A DNA stretch of 64,000 bases, taken from positions 42,948-106,947 of the forward strand of contig DATKRV010000098.1 in the NCBI GenBank assembly GCA_035532075.1, read 5' to 3'. The notes below the pieces were generated by a model. That model was not told the DNA's origin. It saw only the letters and a program-made list of their open reading frames with translations, and did not search any database. This DNA comes from Acidimicrobiales bacterium. Its GTDB lineage: Bacteria; Actinomycetota; Acidimicrobiia; Acidimicrobiales; Bog-793. Shown here one piece after another: positions 48,966 through 57,156 of this stretch. Within the stretch, counting starts at the first letter, position 1, and the number at the start of each line of letters is the position of its first letter. Made by a program: the position numbers and the translations under genes.

Positions 48966-49814
48966 ATGGCCGCGATCCGACAGGAAGAGCATCCACTCGG
49001 CGGCGAATTGCTTGCAATTGCCACCAAGATCGCTCACGCCGGCGGAAGGCATGCCCTCGAGCGCGTCCAGCAAGAGGGTGCAAGACAGTCGCTGCGGACG
49101 AATGCGACCGCGAAAAGCTCCGCGACCGACCTCGTCAGCGCCGCCGACCGCGAGACCGAACAGATCATCGTCTCTCGACTCGCCGATGCGCGGCCCAAAG
49201 ACGGCATTCTCGGCGAGGAGGGATCGAAACGCCCCTCCTCGAGCGGGATCGACTGGATCATCGATCCGATCGATGGAACCACCAACTTCCTCTACGGCCA
49301 CGGCTCCTTTGCGATCTCGCTCGGCGCGTACGAGGGTGACAGAGGTATCGCCGGTGTGGTCTTTGACCCAGTCCGTGACGAGACCTTCTCAGCGATTCGC
49401 GGTGGCGGGGCGACGCGCAACGGACAGGCACTGCATGCGCCTTTCGATGCGCCACCACTCGAAGAATCTCTCCTTGGAACGGGATTTCACTATCTCGCCT
49501 CAAGACGTCTCCTCCAGGCGCGTCTTCTGGTCGGCGTGCTCCCTGCTGTGCGTGACATAAGGCGCCAGGGTGCCGCGTCGCTCGACATCTGCTCGGTCGT
49601 CTGCCAGCGCCTCGACGCCTACTACGAGGCAGAGCTCCAGCCCTGGGACGTCGCCGCCGGTCTCATCATTGCCTCCGAGGCCGGATACTCGCACGAATAC
49701 CTTGATCTTGGTGGTGAACTCGATCGAACCCTGCTGCTCGCCCATCCTGATCTCATCATCCCGGTCCGCGCTCTTTTGCGAAAAGCCGCCTCCTCGATCG
49801 ATGCCAATGCATAG
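48966..49814 (+). CDS. inositol monophosphatase family protein
   Basis: 282 aa. [15 protein letters not shown] metal-site motif and WDVAAG motif. Confidence 0.88.
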   Translation: MAAIRQEEHPLGGELLAIATKIAHAGGRHALERVQQEGARQSLRTNATAKSSATDLVSAADRETEQIIVSRLADARPKDGILGEEGSKRPSSSGIDWIIDPIDGTTNFLYGHGSFAISLGAYEGDRGIAGVVFDPVRDETFSAIRGGGATRNGQALHAPFDAPPLEESLLGTGFHYLASRRLLQARLLVGVLPAVRDIRRQGAASLDICSVVCQRLDAYYEAELQPWDVAAGLIIASEAGYSHEYLDLGGELDRTLLLAHPDLIIPVRALLRKAASSIDANA

Positions 49815-49885
49815 AGGTAGCGCCTATATTTGGCCAACGGGCCACGAGATGGATTGGTCGCACCCGCTACCACGAAGGAGCTTTC

Positions 49886-50377
49886 ATGGAATTCGATGTA
49901 CTTGTTGAGATCCCGAGGGGTCAACGCAATAAATACGAGGTCGATCATGAGAGCGGTCGCATACGACTCGACCGCATGCTGTTCACCTCGACGACCTATC
50001 CGACCGACTATGGCTACATCGAAAACACGCTCGGCGAGGACGGTGACCCGCTCGACGCGCTCGTCATCCTTGAGGAGCCGACGTTTCCTGGATGCCTGAT
50101 CCTCGCGCGACCGGTCGCCGTCTTCCAGATGACCGACGAGAAGGGTCCAGACGCAAAGGTGATCTGCGTCCCCGCCGAAGATCCACGCTATGAGCACCTG
50201 CAGGATCTCAATGACATTCCGAGTCTCCAACGGAGCATGATCCAGCATTTCTTTGAGGTCTACAAGGCCCTTGAACCAGGCAAACTGGTCAAAGAGGTGC
50301 GATGGGAGGATCGGGGAGCCGCCGAGCGCGAGATCACCGCGGCATTTGAGCGCGAGAAGCACAATACCGGGCACTAA
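49886..50377 (+). CDS. ppa: inorganic pyrophosphatase (family I)
   Basis: 163 aa. [32 protein letters not shown]. Confidence 0.95.
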   Translation: MEFDVLVEIPRGQRNKYEVDHESGRIRLDRMLFTSTTYPTDYGYIENTLGEDGDPLDALVILEEPTFPGCLILARPVAVFQMTDEKGPDAKVICVPAEDPRYEHLQDLNDIPSLQRSMIQHFFEVYKALEPGKLVKEVRWEDRGAAEREITAAFEREKHNTGH

Positions 50378-50527
50378 CCACCGCGACAATGATCAGACGA
50401 GCCACCTCGAAACGGGGTGAACTCGTTGCACAGGACTGGTGCGCGATCTTCGACCAACCGGACGGGATAATTTCAGCGGAACACGTCAGGACCGCGGCGG
50501 CCCCGCCCCTGGCCTTGCGTGATAGGG

Positions 50528-50719
50528 CTAGTCAACGAGTCTGATGACAGACTCCGGGCAGCGGCGTGCGGCATCTTCAATGGCGGGCCGAAATCTTTCG
50601 TCTGGGTCTGCAACGAGCTGCACCACGTATCCGTCATCATCCAACGCAAAGATCTCTGGAGCTGCATCTGTACACTGCCCGTGACCTGAGCACACTTCGA
50701 GGTCGAGAACAATTTTCAC
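50528..50719 (-). CDS. small single-cluster ferredoxin (3Fe-4S/4Fe-4S type)
   Basis: VKIVLDLEVCSGHGQCTDAAPEIF...AARRCPESVI, showing the CxxHxxC...CP pattern. GTG 50719 is preceded by GGAGGGGGG. The ORF is open to 50758. Confidence 0.8.
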   Translation of the reverse strand: MKIVLDLEVCSGHGQCTDAAPEIFALDDDGYVVQLVADPDERFRPAIEDAARRCPESVIRLVD

Positions 50720-51043
50720 CGAGAACCGCCCCCCTCCGAATCGCCGTAAATACCTCACATATCAATTCCCCTACATGCGGAAAATCCCACCACCGCGCTC
50801 CCATCGTAACGTTGCACCCGGAGATACTCCGAGATTCGCGTCACGGACCTGGACGGCGCGATACAGGCTGAACGCGTCTGGCCCATTACCATCAAGTCCA
50901 AATCTTCCATCTCACGGTTTCGACCCATTTGCCGGTTGGTTCCTCAATCGGACGAGGAGACCAGCGAGGAGAGTCTCGAGAGGTATGGCGCTGCTCCAAG
51001 GGCAGATTTAAGCTGATGTAAAGCTCGAATCGCGAGGTATGCC

Positions 51044-52150
51044 GTGGAATACCGACCACTTGGGAGATCAGGTCTGACCGTGTCAGCGGTTGGATTTGGC
51101 TGTGGCAGCACGGGAGGGCTGTTCGTCCGCGGCACCTTCGAAGAACAGATCGCCGCGCTCGAATGCGCCATCAGGAGCGGTGTGACGTACGTTGACACCG
51201 CCGCTCAATACGGAGATGGAACCTCTGAACAAAACCTTGGGCGCGTCATTCGCGAACTCGGTATCTCTCCCATCATCGGAACAAAACTGCACATTCGACC
51301 AGACGAGGTCGGGCGCGCAAAGAAGATTCTGCAACAAAGAATTGAAAAAAGTCTCAAGCGCCTCGGAATGAGTCGGGTTGATGTCTGCACGCTCCACACA
51401 AGAGTCGGATCCGGATTCGATGAGCTTCGCGCGACCGATGTCGTAGAGGTGATTGCACCGGCATTGCGCGACCTTGCCGACGAAGGCCTCGCGAGTGCAA
51501 TTGGTTTCACCGGGCTCGGTGAGACCCAGGCACTTCTTGAAGTTGCTGCGAGTGGTGCCTTTGACTCGTTCCAGTGCTACTACAACCTCTTGAATCAGAG
51601 CGCCGACATTCCCGGGAGCGCCGACGGAAAATCGCAGGACTTCGAGGGACTCCTCAATCTCGCAGGTGACCAGGGCATCGGTGCAATCGGCATCCGCATC
51701 CTCGCAGGAGGAGCGCTCACGGGTGACAACTCTCGACACCAGACGGCTGGACCGGTTGGGCGACCCATGGCCAAGGGAGAGGAGTACGAAGATGACATGG
51801 CTCGCGCGCGTCTCTACGGAGAGGTTGTCTCGCGATTCGAGGTTGCAAGCTTGCCCGAATTGGCATATCGCTTCGCACTTTCCAATCAAAAGCTGTCGTG
51901 CATCCTCGGCGGATTCTCGGACACCAAACAGGTGCAGCAGATGCTCGATTTCGTCGCAAAGGGCCCACTTCCCGATCATGTGCTCGCGGAACTAAAGACC
52001 TTCAAGCCAAAAGGAATCCGGGCAATTGGACGTCGAACCGCCCGCTTGCCCACGCCCAAAGGCGCCAGGCCGCGCTGCCAAGACCTCCGGCGGATTCTCC
52101 TCGTCAGTAGATACGATCCAACAGCGAGATCTCGGCCTTGCCTGATCTGA
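51044..52150 (+). CDS. aldo/keto reductase
   Basis: VEYRPLGRSGLTVSAVGFG N-terminus, typical of AKRs. The last ~45 codons are Arg/Pro-rich and overlap the convergent Rieske gene, so the true C-terminus is uncertain. Confidence 0.82.
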   Translation: MEYRPLGRSGLTVSAVGFGCGSTGGLFVRGTFEEQIAALECAIRSGVTYVDTAAQYGDGTSEQNLGRVIRELGISPIIGTKLHIRPDEVGRAKKILQQRIEKSLKRLGMSRVDVCTLHTRVGSGFDELRATDVVEVIAPALRDLADEGLASAIGFTGLGETQALLEVAASGAFDSFQCYYNLLNQSADIPGSADGKSQDFEGLLNLAGDQGIGAIGIRILAGGALTGDNSRHQTAGPVGRPMAKGEEYEDDMARARLYGEVVSRFEVASLPELAYRFALSNQKLSCILGGFSDTKQVQQMLDFVAKGPLPDHVLAELKTFKPKGIRAIGRRTARLPTPKGARPRCQDLRRILLVSRYDPTARSRPCLI

Positions 52151-53471
52151 GCAGTTCGAGATATTCAAGCTGCATCTTGATGCGCTCGTCGAGAATCGGG
52201 CTGAGAAGGTTCTGGCCCATTCGCATCTGCTTCTCGATGACCTCAGGATCAAGTGCGACGTCTGTGCGTTTTCCGGTGTCGCCGGTAAAGCCGCCCCTTC
52301 CCGCGCTTCTCACCGATGTCGGCGTAAGCGGTGGAGACATTGAATCGATGGGAATATTGACCTGTGCATCCGGGTCGCCCTCGCGGAACACCCCGAGGGG
52401 ATCCTCACCGTTTTCAACACGCGAGATCATCTCATCGAGCACTTTGCGATAGATCATGATCCCTCGATCCGATGCACCAAGGTGTTCGACCGTGCGATCC
52501 GCAATTCGGCCCTGGGTTATCCAGGCCATCATGTCCTGTTGGAGAACGAAGTCTGTGTAGATATCGCCATTCTCCTTGAATATCGGATAGTCATATACCG
52601 GAACTACCTCTTGGTCTGGGGCCTCGACGCCGGGAAAGCTAACAACGGTGTAGAGATAGTGGAGCGTGGTCTCGTCATCGATGGGAACGCGGATCTGGAA
52701 GTCATTACTTACCTTCAACATGTTCGGGAAGATGACCGGGTGCCCGATTTTCCAGTCGTTGTCCTCCTCGGATCCCCCTTTGTAATACCGGCGCTTGACG
52801 ATTCCATAGTCAAAGATGTCAAAACCTATTTTCGCGTGTCGCGCCTGGGGGAATGCTCCATCCGCGGCCTGTGACCTTCCGTTGCGAAGGTAATAGGTGA
52901 ACCAGGAATGCAGCCATTCGCTGTGGGTGGGATCAAGCGAGTTCTCCATCGCCTGGAGCCAGTTGATGGGCAGCATCGTCCGACCAATCTCGCGAATCGA
53001 ATTCGGCTGAACGAAATAGTCATGTCGCGGCAGTATCGGCGGCTCACCGGGGCCCATATAGGCCCAAATCAGACCGCCCATCTCCTTGACGGGATAGGCG
53101 ATGGTCTTCACACGATCTTTGAATCGAGAGTACGTGGATTCGGCCGGCTGTTCGAGGCAGTTCCCTTCAGCGTCAAATAGCCAGCCATGATACGGACACC
53201 GAATACCGGTACTCTCGGGTACGCCATAGGCGAGCGAGCAGCGTCGGTGAGGACACAGCTCCGCGACAAGACCAAGTTGACCCGAAGTGTCGCGAAACAA
53301 TGCAAGATCCTCACCAAGCAACCGCACCTTGAGTGTCGCTCGCTCCTTGAGCTGCGCAGCACCAGCAAATGGCTGCCAGTACCGCCGAAAGAGTTCTCCC
53401 GCAGGTGTGCCTGGGCCAACTCGCGTCAGACGATCGTTCATCTCTTTGGTGAGCACGTATTCCCCTTCCAT
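52104..53471 (-). CDS. Rieske [2Fe-2S] non-heme iron oxygenase, alpha subunit / monooxygenase type
   Basis: 455 aa. Rieske motif CPHRRCSL...CPYHGW and N-terminal GELFRRYWQP, with a catalytic domain carrying DPTHSEWLH. No beta subunit or reductase gene is adjacent. Confidence 0.88.
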   Translation of the reverse strand: MEGEYVLTKEMNDRLTRVGPGTPAGELFRRYWQPFAGAAQLKERATLKVRLLGEDLALFRDTSGQLGLVAELCPHRRCSLAYGVPESTGIRCPYHGWLFDAEGNCLEQPAESTYSRFKDRVKTIAYPVKEMGGLIWAYMGPGEPPILPRHDYFVQPNSIREIGRTMLPINWLQAMENSLDPTHSEWLHSWFTYYLRNGRSQAADGAFPQARHAKIGFDIFDYGIVKRRYYKGGSEEDNDWKIGHPVIFPNMLKVSNDFQIRVPIDDETTLHYLYTVVSFPGVEAPDQEVVPVYDYPIFKENGDIYTDFVLQQDMMAWITQGRIADRTVEHLGASDRGIMIYRKVLDEMISRVENGEDPLGVFREGDPDAQVNIPIDSMSPPLTPTSVRSAGRGGFTGDTGKRTDVALDPEVIEKQMRMGQNLLSPILDERIKMQLEYLELLRSGKAEISLLDRIY

Positions 53472-53796
53472 CGCGTTGCCTCGTAGTAACCAAAAACCGC
53501 TTCACCACTGGACAATCGCGAAAAACCCAACCTCGCTTAGGCCGACTTTGAGTCTATCAATAGCACATCCTGAATCGCCGCACCCCGAGTCGCTGGTCAT
53601 GAGCGCTTTGGATCGAGTCAGGCACCATGTTGCATTTCTACGACCTCTTCTCCAGCACCATCAATCCACAAGGACCCGATTGGAATCGATGTGCCTTCTT
53701 TAGGGCCCAATGGCGCGATGTCGTTTACCTCTTGTGTTCTCTCGACTGTCTCTCCGAATTAACTCTTCCTATCCACCCAGTGACGGTGAGCGCCAC

Positions 53797-54039
53797 TCAT
53801 CTTGGAAGGTCAGGTTGATCGGGTTCGGTCCGTTCATAACCGACAAGACTAGTAATCTCGATGATGTCACCGAGCCACCCGCACGCGCGGCACCACGAGA
53901 AGTAGATGGTCTCCTCGGCGCGCCAAAAGGATGAGGAGAAACCATTCTCGGAAAATAACGCCGTGCACTTTGGGCAATGAAGCTCGCTTGAAAGCGTCTG
54001 GATGTTGTGGAGCTCCTCCGGACCGAAATAAACACTCAT
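53797..54039 (-). CDS. hypothetical 80-aa Cys4 zinc-ribbon-like protein (candidate)
   Basis: ATG 54039 preceded by GGAG at about -12. MSVYFGPEELHNIQTLSSELHCPKCTALFSENGFSSSFWRAEETIYFSWCRACGW... has CPKC and CRAC pairs. It sits in an AT-rich spacer, and I recognise no family. Confidence 0.35.
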   Translation of the reverse strand: MSVYFGPEELHNIQTLSSELHCPKCTALFSENGFSSSFWRAEETIYFSWCRACGWLGDIIEITSLVGYERTEPDQPDLPR

Positions 54040-54273
54040 CAAAGACGCTCCGTTGTACAACGCCGTGGCTCATCTGGCGCACTGGCTGTCCAAAGAATAC
54101 ATGCGCAACACCGCAATACTCTGAACACCGTATGAACCAAGCGGGCAGCCGGGTTCTTGCAACGCGGATTTCCCTTTGAAGATCTTGGCGTTTTCATTTT
54201 CGCGAACTTTGCGTAAGCTTTCGACGATCATTCACACGAATTGATATTCGCCTCGACTACTTGGGAGCATCAC

Positions 54274-55461
54274 ATGACAGAATCCGGCCGAGGACCTTCG
54301 TATAGTGCCGATGACCCGATCAGGCTTGGAATTCTTGGACTCGGAACGGCCGGGCGAGGAGCTGCTGCGGCCCAAGTAGGCTCTTCCCATTGTCGCTTGG
54401 TAGCTGTCTGTGACACCAATGAGACCACCGCAAAAGAGATCGGTGCAAAATTTGGCGTCAGGTACTATTCCGACGCGCGCCAGCTCTGCGACGATGCAGA
54501 GATTGAGGCGGTATACATCGCAACGCCGACGTATCTGCACCTTGCGAATGCTCTGCAGCTAGCCTCCGCCGGCAAACATCTCCTCATCGAGAAGCCGGTC
54601 GTGAAAGATAGCGCCGAGGGCGATGCGATCGGGAAGTTGGGAGAGGCGACAGGAGTCAAGATCATGGCGGTCAACACTCGCGGTCGCGATGCTCCCATAC
54701 GCGCGATGGCGCACGCCGTCGCCACCGGAGCGATAGGCCGAGTTCTCTCTCTCACCAATATCTGTTATACAAATTGGGTACTTCGGCCGAGATATCCCTA
54801 CGAACTTGTTGCGGCTCTCGGCGGCGGAGTGACATTTCGCCAGGCGCCGCACCAGGTCGAAATTGCACGAACTATCGTAAACTCGGAGGTCATCGCAGTT
54901 ACGGCAGTCATCGGAAGTACTCCCAATCCTGTCGACACGATTGGAAACTACAGCGCTCTGGTTGAATTCGAGAATGGAAGTTCCGCGACGCTTGTTTACA
55001 ACGGATATGGGTACTTTGATTCCGCGGAACTGACCTTCGGAATCGGCGAAAACGGTAGGCCCTCTGATCCAATGACGTCTGTGAACATGCGCAACAACCA
55101 TTCTTGGTCTCTCGACAAATATGGTGATGCGGGGCGCGCGCTGCGGACTCAACCCGATTCGACGACCATCTCCAAGCGAAAATGGGGATTCGTAGGGCTG
55201 ACGGTCGTCAGCGGAGAAAACGGCGACCTCCGTCAGTCACGCGACGGACTCACGCTCTATAACGATCTCGGGTTCAGTGAAGTTAACTGCTCCGACATCG
55301 AAGGCGGACTCGCGGTCGATTTTGCCGAGATCTTCAACGCAATACGTCACGGACAGACCCTTGAACACGATGGTGCCTGGGGTGCAACGACGGTTCGTAT
55401 CTGTGAGGCGATCTGGAAGTCTCATCATGAACATCGAAGGGTGCAACTCGACACCTACTGA
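54274..55461 (+). CDS. Gfo/Idh/MocA family oxidoreductase
   Basis: ATG 54274. IRLGILGLGTAGRG Rossmann N-terminus and an EKP motif (LLIEKPV). Confidence 0.85.
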   Translation: MTESGRGPSYSADDPIRLGILGLGTAGRGAAAAQVGSSHCRLVAVCDTNETTAKEIGAKFGVRYYSDARQLCDDAEIEAVYIATPTYLHLANALQLASAGKHLLIEKPVVKDSAEGDAIGKLGEATGVKIMAVNTRGRDAPIRAMAHAVATGAIGRVLSLTNICYTNWVLRPRYPYELVAALGGGVTFRQAPHQVEIARTIVNSEVIAVTAVIGSTPNPVDTIGNYSALVEFENGSSATLVYNGYGYFDSAELTFGIGENGRPSDPMTSVNMRNNHSWSLDKYGDAGRALRTQPDSTTISKRKWGFVGLTVVSGENGDLRQSRDGLTLYNDLGFSEVNCSDIEGGLAVDFAEIFNAIRHGQTLEHDGAWGATTVRICEAIWKSHHEHRRVQLDTY

Positions 55462-55633
55462 TGAGACCGGCGTGAATCTCGCCCGGTAGGCATACGGATC
55501 TGTCCATGAGACGGTGCAATTTACAGACAACCAGCAAATTCGCCGCAATCTCGGATGCCCTCGGCACCGTGACATGGATTGATAATCCAACCAGGGTCGC
55601 CCGACATCAGCGCGAGAACGCCAACGAGATGAC

Positions 55634-55673
55634 CATGGGGAGATACCCATGGAGAGATACCCATGGGATCACG
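55634..55673. repeat. short tandem repeat, 14-bp unit CCATGG(G/A)GAGATAC, about 2.7 copies
   Basis: CCATGGGGAGATAC CCATGGAGAGATAC CCATGGGATCAC, read directly in the convergent spacer. Confidence 0.7.
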
Positions 55674-55684
55674 CCCATATGACC

Positions 55685-55721
55685 GGAGGGGCACCGGCCG
55701 GCGAGCGACCAGTGCCCCTCC
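55685..55721. terminator. GC-rich hairpin between convergent genes (possible bidirectional terminator)
   Basis: GGAGGGGCAC 55685-55694 pairs perfectly with GTGCCCCTCC 55712-55721, with a 17-nt loop. No clear U-tract. Confidence 0.5.
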
Positions 55722-55770
55722 ATATTCATCCGTAGCTACCAGGATCTGGCAGCTTCACTACATGTAATGC

Positions 55771-56955
55771 TCAGCCGTTCGCGTTCAGGGTGAGATATGG
55801 CTTGATAGCTGCCTCACCTGATGGCAGCGTCGCGGCGTTGATCTGCCTTGTGATCTCCTGCGGCGTCACATATGTGTCAGGAATATCGAGGTTGAGCAAC
55901 GCGGAATCGACACTCTTTGAGAGCATCGCATGCTTGAATGCAATCCGCAGGGCCGCCACATACTTCATCGGTGTTCCCTGTGGCTCGAACAGAGTGTCGA
56001 ACGCCATTGCATCCAACGCATTCATGACCTTCATGGCCGCAAATGCGGACTTCACCTTTGGAGGATTCGCAGCCATCCAGGTGGAGAGCGTCGGCACATG
56101 CGACATCCTTGCGTAGTCGACCGTGCCCGGTGTCGCGGGAACCGAGGAGGCAAGTGGAACAAGCGTGCCGGCCTGAATGCTCGGAATGAACACAGAGGCG
56201 GCGTTGATCCCAATTGTTCCATCGCGGCGAAGCAATCCCGCAAGTGCCCCTGGTGCGTTCGGATAGCCACTCAGGATCGTCGAGCCATGTGACTTGTAGG
56301 CATCGAGCAGGAACGTCGTCATCATTCCACCCTGACCCTCAAGTGAGACCCAGACGTTCTTTGTCTTGAGCGCCGTACCGAGCCGGGTGAGGCCGGAACT
56401 CTTCACGGCTGCAAGGACATAGGGCTGTGGTCCCGCTCCACCGATGAGCTCCTGGTCTTTGATCGTGTAGGCGACGCTTGGAACCTTTTCGATGTCATTT
56501 TGGATGTATTCGCCAAAGTACCCCATCGCGATCGTCAACCCATTTGGCGCTGCGCTGGCTCCCTCGTCAGAGCCGGGGATCGTGGCGCCCGGCGTGATGT
56601 CGGTGACGTTGACCGTGGCATGGAGATAACTACCGATCGCCGGGGCGAGGGTAAGCGCAAATTCGTCGTATCCGGCGCCGGAACCCCCTCCGGTAATGAA
56701 GCTCAGTGTCTTGCCCCGGTAGAAGGCGAAATCGGGCTTGACCACAGCGGTCTTGTGCGCTCGCACGCCCGTTGACGCGCTCGCCGCTCCTGTCATCGCC
56801 GCCGCGGAGCCCACGAGACCGAATGCCGTCGCCACGACGAGCGCGGATCGAGTCAGGCGATGAACTGAAGATTGGATACCGGTATCTCGGTGAACCCGAC
56901 CACTACCTGCCTTACGAAAGATTCTCAAAATTCTCCCCCCTAGAGTTGGCTGCAC
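55771..56955 (-). CDS. tripartite tricarboxylate transporter substrate-binding protein (TctC/Bug family)
   Basis: 394 aa. Signal-like LVVATAFGLVGSAAAMTGAASA, then a TctC-like body (FYRGKTLSFITGGGSGAGYD). The start is uncertain. In-frame TTG 56928 is preceded by GGGGGGAGA. Confidence 0.8.
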   Translation of the reverse strand: MQPTLGGRILRIFRKAGSGRVHRDTGIQSSVHRLTRSALVVATAFGLVGSAAAMTGAASASTGVRAHKTAVVKPDFAFYRGKTLSFITGGGSGAGYDEFALTLAPAIGSYLHATVNVTDITPGATIPGSDEGASAAPNGLTIAMGYFGEYIQNDIEKVPSVAYTIKDQELIGGAGPQPYVLAAVKSSGLTRLGTALKTKNVWVSLEGQGGMMTTFLLDAYKSHGSTILSGYPNAPGALAGLLRRDGTIGINAASVFIPSIQAGTLVPLASSVPATPGTVDYARMSHVPTLSTWMAANPPKVKSAFAAMKVMNALDAMAFDTLFEPQGTPMKYVAALRIAFKHAMLSKSVDSALLNLDIPDTYVTPQEITRQINAATLPSGEAAIKPYLTLNANG

Positions 56956-56972
56956 CGTCAGATCGTTGAAAT

Positions 56973-57014
56973 GTTGCTACTGCATTTCGATACGTTACTA
57001 CTGCATTTCGACCG
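56973..57014. repeat. 21-bp tandem direct repeat upstream of tctC-like gene
   Basis: GTTGCTACTGCATTTCGATAC / GTTACTACTGCATTTCGACCG, 18 of 21 identical. It lies 18-86 nt upstream of the candidate tctC starts and downstream of the tctA-like stop. Confidence 0.8.
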
Positions 57015-57156
57015 AGTGGACCTTTTCATCGCCCAACCTGCAAATCTTGGCCCCTCGCGGATCCTCCCCGAGACAGGCCATGAGGGGCGCCGGTCCGCGG
57101 AAGATTCACAGGTCTTGGCTGGAAAATCTCCGCGGACGCCTTCGTCGGATCAGCCG

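Noticed and set aside
52104-52150. 47-nt convergent overlap of the aldo-keto reductase and Rieske genes as an antisense regulatory feature
   Set aside because: The reductase tail here is Arg/Pro-rich and probably not part of the folded enzyme. The overlap more likely reflects a late stop in GC-rich sequence than a functional arrangement.
55634-55673. CRISPR array
   Set aside because: The only tandem repeats in the window are 14-bp (2.7 copies) and 21-bp (2 copies) units without spacers. No cas genes are present.
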